DNA from: Octopus sinensis | Lineage: Eukaryota | Direction: 5' to 3' | Assembly (NCBI RefSeq): GCF_006345805.1 | Contig: NC_042999.1 | Span: 159,960,001 to 160,024,000, forward strand | DNA length: 64,000 nt | Shown here: positions 53,747 through 64,000 of the stretch, one piece after another | How the letters are laid out: every line of letters starts with the position of its first letter | How positions within the stretch are numbered: position 1 is the stretch's first letter | Made by a program: the position numbers and the translations under genes | Notes under the pieces: model-generated | Told to the model about the DNA's origin: nothing | Seen by the model: the letters and a program-made list of their open reading frames with translations, nothing else | The model's database searches: none

Positions 53747-55474
53747 AGCTTCAGCAGCAAAAAAAAAAAACAATACAATCACCACTATTATAACCAACAA
53801 TATCAACAAGATAAACAATTACATCTGGAATATAAAGACCAATCGCATGGTACTCTGGTGTATTTTGAACATTGAACGAAATGTCTTTGATCTTTAGTCA
53901 ATTAAAATTAACTTCGAACTAAACAGTAACAACAATGCAATTAACAAGAATGATATATGCACTGTCACCACCAACAATACCCCAACCATGATCACCACCA
54001 ACACAAAAAAACAATACAACTATCACCATCACAAGCAACCTGCCAAGTTTCCAATAACCAACTGGTATTAAATTGATTTAAAATGCCTTGACAGTACACT
54101 GGTTTTAATTTTGGTATAAGGCCAGCAATTTCAAGTGAGGGAGTAAGTTGATTACATCAACCCCAGTGTTCAACTGGTACTTATTTTATCAACCCTGAAA
54201 GGATGAAAGATAAAGTCAACCACAGTGGAATTTGAACTCAGAAGGTTAAGACGGACGAAATGCATTTTGACTGGCATGCCAATGATTCTGCCAGCTTTTT
54301 AACTTAAAAATGCTTTAATAGTATATTAAAAATGTGTTTAATTAAGAAATAAAACCTAAAAATACATTTGGAATAGGTTTTATTAGTTGATGGTAAGGAA
54401 AAAGAAAAATTTGGTTTCATTGTAGAATAGGTATTTTTCGAGATAGCAGCATATTTGTACTAGAGTAGATACTTTATAAAACAAGATCAAGATTAGAATT
54501 CTATGGTTTCATGCAAGCTTTGATCAGCTTAATCTTTCATTACTTTAAGATTCCTTAAATAGGTTTCAGGAAATCAAAAGGGTAAATCAGACACAGATTG
54601 CCAAATTGATTAAATGTTTGACTTAATTGAGTCACACCCACAGCTGAAATCATGCCAGAGCTCTTCTTTATCATTAACAAACTCAACGTGATTTGATGAT
54701 AAAAAGACAAACATTAATTTAATTTTGAAATGGAAAAAAAAAATCAATTATAATAAAATGAAAATTTCAATATTTGTATTAGGAATTACTGTCACAAACA
54801 AATATATGAAACGATTTAGGAACGTATAGAAGTTGACAAAAGAGAATAATAAAAAGAACGGATTTGCAACAGAGCAAAGTAATCAATTAATAATGAACTT
54901 TTGCTAAAAATCTGGCATACACTTCAGTGTGGTTGTAATTATAACAGAATGAATTACTTCTAATTTCAACATAAAAAGTCATCAACATCAACTAGTACTT
55001 ATTTTATCAACCCTGATACGACCAGTTTTGAATAACCACATAAGACCTATTTTTGGAGAAGAATAACTTAGCCAATTATGTCAAACTCCAATATATTAAG
55101 GACTTATTAATAACCCCTTCCCTACCAATCAGGCGATATTGACAAAGGATTTTATCATAGAACTGAGAGGAAACAATGCTGAATACTATAATAAATTTAC
55201 ATTCTCAATCTAACCACTTTCACTGCCTTTAATGTATTACTAAAACTCTCCAGTTTATCTCTTAGTATGTATCTTCATATCAACCAAAATGGTGCATTAT
55301 AACAATTTTTTAATGAAAATTCCTAAAATGTGGTACATACTTAAATTTGGTTAAGTATCTAAAAGATATTTACTGTTAGTTTATTGAAATGGAAATAGAA
55401 CTGTAGGAAGTAAAAGGGAAAACTGAAATGACAGAATTTAATTAGTTTCTGTGTAGAAGACATAGAATATAGAA

Positions 55475-55674
55475 TATAGAAGACATAGGGAGAGGGACAG
55501 GGTTAGTTTTTGAGGGAGGAGGAGGAGGGGGGGAAGAAATGGTCAAGGAACACATGTGCGGAAGCTGTGCAGTCAAAACCCATCGCACAACTTCCGCACA
55601 TGTGTTCCTTGACCATTTCTTCCCCCCCTCCTCCCCCCCAAACTAACCCTGTCCCTCTCCCTATGTCTTCTATA
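55475..55674. repeat. Near-perfect inverted repeat (arms of about 90-95 bp, 14-nt loop)
   Basis: tatagaagacatagggagagggacaggg...cggaagctgtgc / gcacaacttccg...ccctgtccctctccctatgtcttctata. Confidence 0.9.
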
Positions 55675-55704
55675 TGGCCCCGTCTTCGATAACCACCATC
55701 GCCA

Positions 55705-55743
55705 TATATAAACCAGCGACCGCAAATCGCTAAGCCCACTCGC
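55705..55743 (+). promoter_or_regulatory. Candidate Pol II core promoter (TATA plus Inr) upstream of the RTE ORF
   Basis: TATATAAA at 55705-55712; CCACTC with A at 55738, 31 nt after the first T of TATAAA. Confidence 0.4.
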
Positions 55744-56258
55744 TTTCGACTCCACTACGAATGCACAGCTCATGAACGGCTAAAAGTTAAGATTTCTTCT
55801 TTCAACCTCGCTCCTACTACCCTCTGCACGTATAATCACTATTCCTTCAGTTCCTTCAATTTCTCTCTCATATTTTCCTTCAAATTGACTTCTCTGATAC
55901 TTTCAAACCTACTTTCTTTCTTTCTTGCTATCACGATTTTTCAGTACCCTCTATTCATATTTTCTTTCAGTTTTCAACATACCATTCATGTAATGTTTTT
56001 CGTTTAGCCTTGTCTCGTCTCCCTATTTGCTCCCATTTCATAGCCACTCATCGTCCCCCCTAAAAATTGACTTCTCTGATACTTTCAAACCTACTTTCTT
56101 GCTATCACGATTAACAGAATCCTCTTGCTAGTTTGGGGTTGACCCGCCCACCCACCCCCTCCACACATGCCGGAAGTTCCTATTCTTTTCATCCCTGGGT
56201 TGCTTCCCTTGAAGACTGCAAATGCTCTTTCACCATCCCACCCCTAGTTTCAACCTAG

Positions 56259-56372
56259 GTAAGGTAATGATCATACAGTGCAAAATATGAATGGGTAGTG
56301 TTATGCAGGTTGAATTGAAGGCTACTGTATTACTTGCTCATGAATTCTGCCAAATGCGAGCTTTCTTTTCAG
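56259..56372 (+). other. Candidate 114-nt U2 intron immediately 5' of the RTE start codon
   Basis: AG|GTAAGG donor; CTCAT branch-like motif (A 56340); ctttcttttcAG acceptor; ATG 4 nt downstream. Confidence 0.55.
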
Positions 56373-56376
56373 GTAC

Positions 56377-59300
56377 ATGAAGCTACTGTCCACCGACGCA
56401 GGGTCTCTAGGGCCCATACCCCACACCCTCAGGGTTGGCACCCTCAATGTTGGCACACTGAAAGGTAGGTCTGGCGAGATAGTTGAGATGCTTGAACGGA
56501 GACGTGGATGATGTGGATATATGTATGCAAGAAGTAAGGTGGAGAGGAGGTTCTGCTAGGTTCCTCACAGGCAAGGAACACAGGTACAAGATTTTCTGGG
56601 CAGGGAACACTGACGGGGTTGGAGGCGTGGGTATACTTATCGCTGAGAAATGGGTAGATAAAGTAATTGAGGTAATCAGAGTATGCGACAGAATACTTAA
56701 GATTAGATTAGCGCTTCATCATAGTTTAGCAACCATTATATCAGCCTATGCTCCTCAGTCGGGGCTACCTGATGGACAGAAAGACCGATTCTATGACACT
56801 CTACTGCAGACTACCTCGTTGACGACGACAGAGACCTTCTCTTTGTGGCTGGTGACCTCAATGGTCACGTTGGACGACATGCTGGGGGCTTCCACGGCGT
56901 ACATGGAGGCTATGGCTCTGGTTCCCGCAACGAGGAGGGAACCAGGCTGCTGGAGTTCTGCGATGCAAATAATCTTATGATTTGCAACACTAACTTCAGG
57001 AAACCTACCAGCCACCTAGTCACCTACCGATCGGGCCAACATACCAGCCAAATTGACTACATCCTTGCCAGGCAAAGGGAGAGATGGCTACTTATAAATG
57101 CCAAAACCTTCCCAGGCGAAGAAAGAATGCCACCCCAACATAGACTGGTAGTTAGTGACTTTAGGATCAGGAGTAGGAGGACAACCAGAAGACGACCAAC
57201 ATGGAGAAGAAGGATCTGGAAGCTTAAGGATCCTGTGAATGGACAGAGATTTAGAGACATGTTACTTGAAGCCTTTGACGAAGTAGAAGGGGATAGTGTA
57301 TCACATGGGGTAGAGGACAACTGGACGTTTCTAAGGGACAACCTGCTGAGAGCCACTGACCAGATCTGTGGCTGGTGCAAAGTCCCCTCTCGTCCCAAGG
57401 TAACGTGGTGGTGGAACAGTGTCGTAGACAGGGCTATTAGAGAAAAGAGACAGACTTGGAAGCACTGGAAGAATGGTGGTAGCAGGGAATTGTATCAGAC
57501 TGCTAAAAGGGAAGCTAGGAGACAGGTCTATCTAGCCAGAGGGGAAGCAGATAAGAAAAAATTTGCCAATGTTCTGCGCCGGTGAGGACCAAAGACTGGA
57601 GGTGTTTCGCGTTGCAAGACAGTGTGTGAGAGAGAATTGTGATGTGGTGGGAGAGAAGTGTGTTCGCATGGAAGATGGTTCACTTGCGCTAAACGAGGAT
57701 GCAAAGAGAGAGGCTTGGAGATGCCACTATGAAAGGTTGCTGAATAAAGAAAATGAATGGGATAAGAGAGTCTGCCGAACGTTGACCCAACAGAGGGACC
57801 AGCTATCAGGGTTGATAGTTCCTTAGTAGCTAAGGCAATTAGAAGCATGAAGACAGGGAAAGCCCCAGGCCCATCAGGTATCACTGCAGAGATGCTCAAA
57901 ATATCTGGTAGTGTCGGCTATAGCCTAGTCACCTGTATAGTTAATCAGGTGATACATGAAGGAGTCATACCCAATGACTGGTGTAGCAGCATAATAGTCA
58001 ACTGCTACAAAGGTAAAGGTGATGCCCTAGATACAAATAATTACAGAGGTATCAAGCTGTTGGATCAGGTGATGAAGGTTACAGAGAGGGTCATAAGCCA
58101 ACTAATTAGAGAGAGAGTTAGTTTAGATGAGATGCAGTTTGGTTTCGTGCCAGGGAAAAGTACCACTGATGCTATATTCCTGGTAAGGCAGCTGCAGGAG
58201 AAATACCTAGCCAAAGATAAGGCCTGTACCTGGCTTTTGTTGACATGGAGAAAGCCTTCGACAGGGTCCCCCGATCCCTCATATGGTGGTCAATGAGGAA
58301 ACTAGGAATAGAAGAATGGTTAGTGAGAGCTGTGCAAGCCATGTACAGGGACGCTGCTAGTAAGGTGAGGGTTGGAATGAGTACAGTGAAGAATTCCGGG
58401 TAGAGGTAGGGGTCCACCAAGGCTCAGTCCTCAGCCCCCTCCTATTTATCATAGTCCTCCAGGCAATAACGGAGGAATTCAAGACAGGATGCCCCTGGGA
58501 GCTCCTCTATGCTGATGACCTTGCTCTAATTGCTGAGTCATTATCAGAACTGGAGAAGTTTCAGGTGTGGAAGCATGGTTTAGAATCGAAGGGCCTTAGA
58601 GTCAACCTAGCTAAAACCAAAGTCGTAATAAGTAGGAAGGTAGACAAATCACAAACGCCTTCAGGTAGATGGCCCTGCTCGATCTGTAGAAAAGGTGTAG
58701 GTAGAAACTCTATAAGATGCACCAAGTGTAAGCTATGGACACATAAGAGGTGCAGCAATGTCATAGGAAGGCTAACTAGGAAGATGGTTTTTGTATGTGG
58801 CAGATGCTCGGGAGCATTAACCTCTGAAAATCTGCAGAAAACAACTTCCGTCACTTTCGAGGGGGAAAAACTAGAAGTGGTGATAGCTTCCGTTATCTTG
58901 GTGACCAAGTCAGTAGTGGGGGTGGGTGTGCTGAAAGTGTAACGGCTAGAGTAAGAATAGCCTGGGCAAAGTTTAGGGAGCTCTTACCTCTGTTGGTGAC
59001 TAAAGGCCTCTCGCTCAGAGTAAAAGGCAGACTGTATGATGCATGTGTACGAACAGCCATGCTACATGGCAGTGAAACATGGGCCGTGACTGCTGAGGAC
59101 ATGCGTAAGCTCGCGAGAAATGAAGCTAGTATGCTCCGTTGGATGTGTAATGTCAGTGTTCATAGTCGACAGAGTGTAAGTACCTTGAGAGAAAAGTTGG
59201 ACCTAAGAGGAATCAGATGTTGTGTGCAAGAGAGACGATTGCGCTGGTATGGTCATGTGGTGAGAATGGATGAAGATAGGTGTGTGAAAAAGTGCCACAC

Positions 59301-60534
59301 CCTGGCAGTTGAGGGGACCTGTGGAAGAGGTAGACCCAGGAAAACCTGGGTCGAGGTGGTGAAGCACGACCTTCGAACTCTAGGTCTCACCAAGGAAATG
59401 ACCAGAGACCGAGACCTATGGAAGTATGCTGTGCGTGAGAAGACCCGGCAAGACCAGTGAGAACAATCAAAATCAAATCATATATCAGAAAGCAGGGGTT
59501 AAGTGACCCATCTGTTCTGTGTGTCCGCTGTCAGCCTCGTCTGGCACCCGTGCCGGTGATACGTAAAAGCACCATTCGCTCATGGCCGTTTGCCAGCTCT
59601 GCCTGGCCCCGTGTCGGTGGCACGTAAAAGCACCATCCGTTCGTGTTCGTTTCCAGCCTCGCCTGGCCCCGTGCCGGTGACACGTAAAAGCACCGTCCGT
59701 TCGTGGCCGTTGGCCAGCTCTGTCTGGCTGTTGGCCCCGTGTCGGTGGCACGTAAAAGCACCATCCGTTCGGGCCGTTTGCCAGCTGTCTGGCAACCGTG
59801 TCGGTGGCACGTAAAAGCACCATCCGTCCGTGTCCGTTGCCAGCCTTGGCTGGCCCCCGTGCCGGTGACACGTAAAAGCCATCCGTCCGGTGTCCGTGCC
59901 AGCCTCGGCTGGACCCCGTGCCAGTAACACGTAAAAGCACCGTCCGTTCGTGGCCGTTGGCCAGCTCTGTCTGGCCCCGTGTCGGTGGCACGTAAAAGCA
60001 CCATCGTCCGTGTCCGTTGCCAGCCTCGGCTGGCCCCCGTGCCGGTGACACGTAAAAGCACCGTCCGCTCGTGGCCGTTTGCCAGCTCTGTCTGGCAACC
60101 GTGTCGGTGGCACGTAAAAGCACCATCTGTTCGTGTCCGTTGCCAGCCTCGGCTGGCCCCCGTGCCGGTGACACGTAAAAGCACCGTCCGTTCGTGGCGG
60201 TTGCCAGCTCTGTCTGGCCCCGTGTCGGTGGCACGTAAAAGCACCATCCGTTCGTGTCCGTTGCCAGCGTCGCCTGGCCCCGTGCCGGTGACACGTAAAA
60301 GCACCATCCGTTCGTGGCCGTTCACCAGCTCTGTCTGGCACCTGTGCAGGTGGCACGTAAAAAAACCACTACACTCGCGGAGTGGTTGGCGTTAGGAAGG
60401 CATCCAGCCGTAGAAACACTGCCAGATCTGACTGGGCCTGACGAAGCCTTCCAGCTTCACAGACCCCAGTTGACCCGTCCAACCCATGCTAGCATGGAAA
60501 ACGGACGCTAAACGATGATGATGATGATGATGAT
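56377..60534 (+). mobile_element. Near full-length RTE-clade LINE: APE endonuclease, RT, PHD-like finger, 3' UTR minisatellite and (GAT)n tail; ORF broken by several frameshifts
   Basis: ATG 56377 leads into TLRVGTLNVGTLKGR. Also GDLNGHVG, IDYIL, QFGF.PGKSTTDAIF, LYADDL (about 58505), RLRWYGHV and GRPRKTW to stop 59460. Tail gatgatgatg to about 60534. True 5' boundary uncertain. Confidence 0.95.
59540..60365 (+). repeat. 14-unit, ~60-bp GC-rich minisatellite in the RTE 3' UTR
   Basis: 14 counted occurrences of the CACGTAAAA-type core (one is TACGTAAAA) at about 60-bp spacing. Confidence 0.95.
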
Positions 60535-60921
60535 GTAAATGCATATATCTATAGGCAAAGGCATGGCAGTGTGGTTAAGAAATTTGCTTCCCAACCAAGC
60601 AGTTTCTGGTCTCACTTGCACAATACTTGAGGCAAGTGTCCTACTATAACGCCCAGATCAATTAAAGCCATGTGAGTGAATTTGATAAAGACGTCTGTCA
60701 TGCATGTGGACGCATGCTCACATCTGTGTGTTTTGTATATATATCCTTCAAAATCATCACTTAACATTTATCTTCCATGCATGCATGGGTGCCCTACAAA
60801 AACCACATGCTACAAGCAATTTATTACTATCACTTTTCCTATCAACAAATCATCTGAACATTTCACATTTTCAAGGACATGTAAATTAAGAGATACCTCC
60901 CTAGAAAAAAAGTTAAGGTTC

Positions 60922-61085
60922 AGCAAGGAGTGGCTGTGTGGTAAGTAGCTTGCTAACCAGCCACATGGTTCCAAGTTCAGTCCCACTGCGTGACATCTTG
61001 GGCAAGTGTCTTCTGCTATAGCCCCAGGCCGACCAATGCCTTGTGAGTGGATTTGGTAGACGGAAACTGAAAGAAGCCCGTCGTG

Positions 61086-61118
<33 letters not shown>

Positions 61119-61331
61119 GTGTGTGTTTGTGTGTCTGTCCCCCTAGCATTGCTTGACAACCGATGCTGGTGTGTTTACGTCCCCGTCACTTAGCGGTTCG
61201 GCAAAAGTGACCAATAGAATAAGTACTGGGCTTACAAAGAATAAGTCCCAGGGTCGATTTGCTCGACTAAAAGGCGGTGCTCCAGCATGACCGCAGTCAA
61301 ATGACTGAAACAAGTAAAAGAGTAAAAGAGT
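60922..61331 (+). mobile_element. SINE family A
   Basis: As above. Confidence 0.92.
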
Positions 61332-61661
61332 AAGATGGGCAATCAGCTGCACAACTATTCCTTGATAATATATTCATCTAACCCTTGTTAGCATGGAAAA
61401 ATGGCCGTAAAATTAACTAACAAATAAATACATATTTCCTTCAATTAAAATTTTTTTTATTTGCATTTCACTAACTTGCCTTAATAGGAAACTATAGAGA
61501 CATTCAAGTCAAGAGCATCCAAGTTTTTTTTTTTCCCCAGCTATAATCTATCTAATCTAGTATTACATGACATGTGATAAAGAGAGGCCAGGATGGAGTG
61601 GAAATATTGCTTGTCTTTCATACACATCTAGTCTTTCATACATATATATTTCACTAGATAA

Positions 61662-61855
61662 AAGGCGGCGAGCTGGCAGAAACGTTAGCACGCCGGGCGA
61701 AATGCGTAGCCGTATTTCGTCTGTCGTTCAGTTCATCCTTTCGGGGTCGATAAATTAAGTACCAGTTACGCACTGGGGTCGATGTAACCGACTTAATCCG
61801 TTTGTCTGTCCTTGTTTATCCCCTCTGTGTTTAGCCCCTTGTGGGTAGTAAAGAA
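61662..61855 (+). mobile_element. SINE family B with an internal deletion covering the B box
   Basis: 16-bp TSD atatatatttcactag at 61642-61657 and 61856-61871. Confidence 0.9.
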
Positions 61856-63117
61856 ATATATATTTCACTAGTTTCAACTCAAGGGCCATGGCCTTGTTGG
61901 AATGACCGGATTTTCATTACAGTGTGTTATTGTAATGCAAATATTTTTAAGAAACAAAACAAACTGGGTACTTCTGTTACAGAGAATATAAACAGCATTT
62001 GAAACCAAATTTAAACAGTATTATCCCAATTCATCATCTCTTTCAATAAATTGTTTACCAGCCAAGTGCTTTGTTTCCCAGGCAATACCAGGTATCCTAA
62101 AAGTCTACTCTAAAAATTAATAATTTGGCATAAAATAAAATTTATGAAGGAGCTTTCTACCTTTAAAAAAAACAATTCTGTAATGCACCAATCTAAGTTG
62201 CACTTCTTAAAGCTGTTCGGTCTCCATATCCCATTTTTTGGTTTCCCCAAAATTGGCCTCACACAAATTTGGTTTTTCAGCAAAAGCATTCCAAAGATTT
62301 TGGATTTCATAAAATCCAGATTTCAACAGTGGATTTCAAACCTTAACTTCATAAAAGCTGTCTATCAATTCAGCGTTCAACCTTGGGTTTCAAACCTTGG
62401 TATGTAGAAACCTTGGATGTCGAACCTTGGACCTAAACGTAATTAAATCTAATGTCATAGTTTAGTTTGGGCTAATAACTATAGTGTCCCCCATTTTAAC
62501 AATGGACTTCACCCTTACAGTGCAGCATGAAAACTCTTTTCTAATAACAATATTATAAAAACATTGTAACCTGAATGAATATTCTCAGGTTTTCCTGGAG
62601 AATCTTTGTAACTCGATTCCTCATTATTAGTTTTTGAAAAAAAGAAATGAAGAAATAAAAACTGATGCTATTTTATAGTAAATCAGATTAAGGCAGAAAG
62701 CAGAAGAGTGAAGGTTTAGTATTAAGATATCTATTACGAGCGATATGATAAGTCAAAAGCAAACAGCACTCTATTGCTCACCAACCAATAGTAAATATGT
62801 AGCTTACAGTGGCAGATGTAAGCAAAAAGAGAACTATATCATTGATAACTCATTTAATAACTTTCAGTGTTAAATTCAAATCCTACACTGGGTGTGGGAT
62901 AAGGCAACAGTAAACTTCTGCAGTGTAGCTTCCTCATGATAACAGCATGTAGAGCAAATCTGCAATGATGACCCAACAAACAAAATAGAGGAGGTCAAAC
63001 TACATAAAACTTGAAATAATAATTTTTTTTTTAAATCAAAATTTTATTTTTCTAAGACTGAAAACAAAATACAGATTAGAATGTTTTTAGAAAATATTTT
63101 TAAAAAAAACTGATCAT

Positions 63118-63280
63118 AGGCGCAGGAGTGGCTGTGTGGTAAGTAGCTTGCCAACCAACCACATGGTTCCGGGTTCAGTCCCACTGCATGGCATCTTGGG
63201 CAAGTGTCTTCTGCTATAGCCCCGGGCTGACCAATGCCTTGTGAGTGGATTTGGTAGACGGAAACTGAAAGAAACCCGTC

Positions 63281-63312
<32 letters not shown>

Positions 63313-63523
63313 TTGTGTGTCTGTGTTTGTCCCCCTAGCATTGCTTGACAACCGATGCTGGTGTGTTTACGTCCCTGTCACTTAGCGGTTCGGCAAAACA
63401 GACCGATAGAATAAGTACTGGGCTTACAAAGAATAAGTCCCGGGGTCGATTTGCTCGACTAAAGGCGGTGCTCCAGCATGGCCACAGTCAAATGATTGAA
63501 ACAAGTAAAAGAGTAAAGAGAGT
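63118..63523 (+). mobile_element. SINE family A, full length
   Basis: As above. Confidence 0.92.
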
Positions 63524-64000
63524 ATATAATTTCCTATCTTTGGCTAGAGATTGTCCCAACAGCAGATTGTCTAATCAGAACAGACAAACCATTCAACTAT
63601 TCAACAATATGAACCTATAAACCATCTACCAATCATTCACTATCTTAAATAATAGATTGATTTTATGAAAGAACTACATTTGCTCCAGCTAAGCTTTAGT
63701 ATCTAGTAAAATTTATAAAGTTTCACATAGTACCTAAACAATTATAAGTTGAACTTCATAAGTATAGTCTGTGACATGACTAACCTTAACCACAAAGATA
63801 AAAAGAAATCTAACATCTGCTGGAGATAGAAAAAATATAAATAGTATAGCAAGGAGGAGGAGGATGTAAAGAAGATAGTGGAGAGACAAGAAATGAAAAC
63901 ATATTTCTCGCTGTATTTATTTACAAAACACGCTAGAATCATACTATTTGCTATGCTCAGTTAATCATGTTGAGAGTACAAGTTATTTCCAATGATTTGC

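Noticed and set aside
59540-60365. CRISPR-like array, and the 258-269-aa ORFs over it
   Set aside because: Units are wholly repeated with no unique spacers, and the context is eukaryotic. The ORFs are by-products of a stop-poor GC-rich repeat.
62160-62432. Possible PIX 5' exon or 66-87-aa ORFs
   Set aside because: No PIX similarity and a weak donor (GTAGAA).

Overview
AT-rich, repeat-dense eukaryotic genomic DNA. The SINE/RTE families and microsatellite load look like an octopus (coleoid cephalopod) genome; this is my recognition, not a database result. One host gene is supported. Six minus-strand coding exons (32826-32949, 24157-24248, 16289-16383, 13172-13267, 10581-10703, 9154-9292) splice in frame through GT-AG introns into the SH3 plus DH (RhoGEF) part of a PIX-family GEF (ARHGEF7/beta-PIX, ARHGEF6, Drosophila RtGEF type). 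I could not find the first SH3 exon or the exon after 9154 in the window. The rest is intronic or intergenic and full of mobile DNA: a near full-length RTE LINE (about 56377-60534), an older RTE, RTE/CR1/R4/Penelope/Gypsy/Helitron fragments, three tRNA-derived SINE families, TTAA-flanked and other MITEs, and microsatellites. The most unusual signals concern RTE biology: a canonical-looking spliceosomal intron and a TATA/Inr pair in front of the RTE ORF, a C4HC3 PHD finger inside the RT region, candidate pseudoknots in RTE UTRs (14 in tandem in one 3' UTR), and a TSD-flanked insertion that looks like a record of RT template jumping. No CRISPR, rRNA or bona fide tRNA genes were seen.
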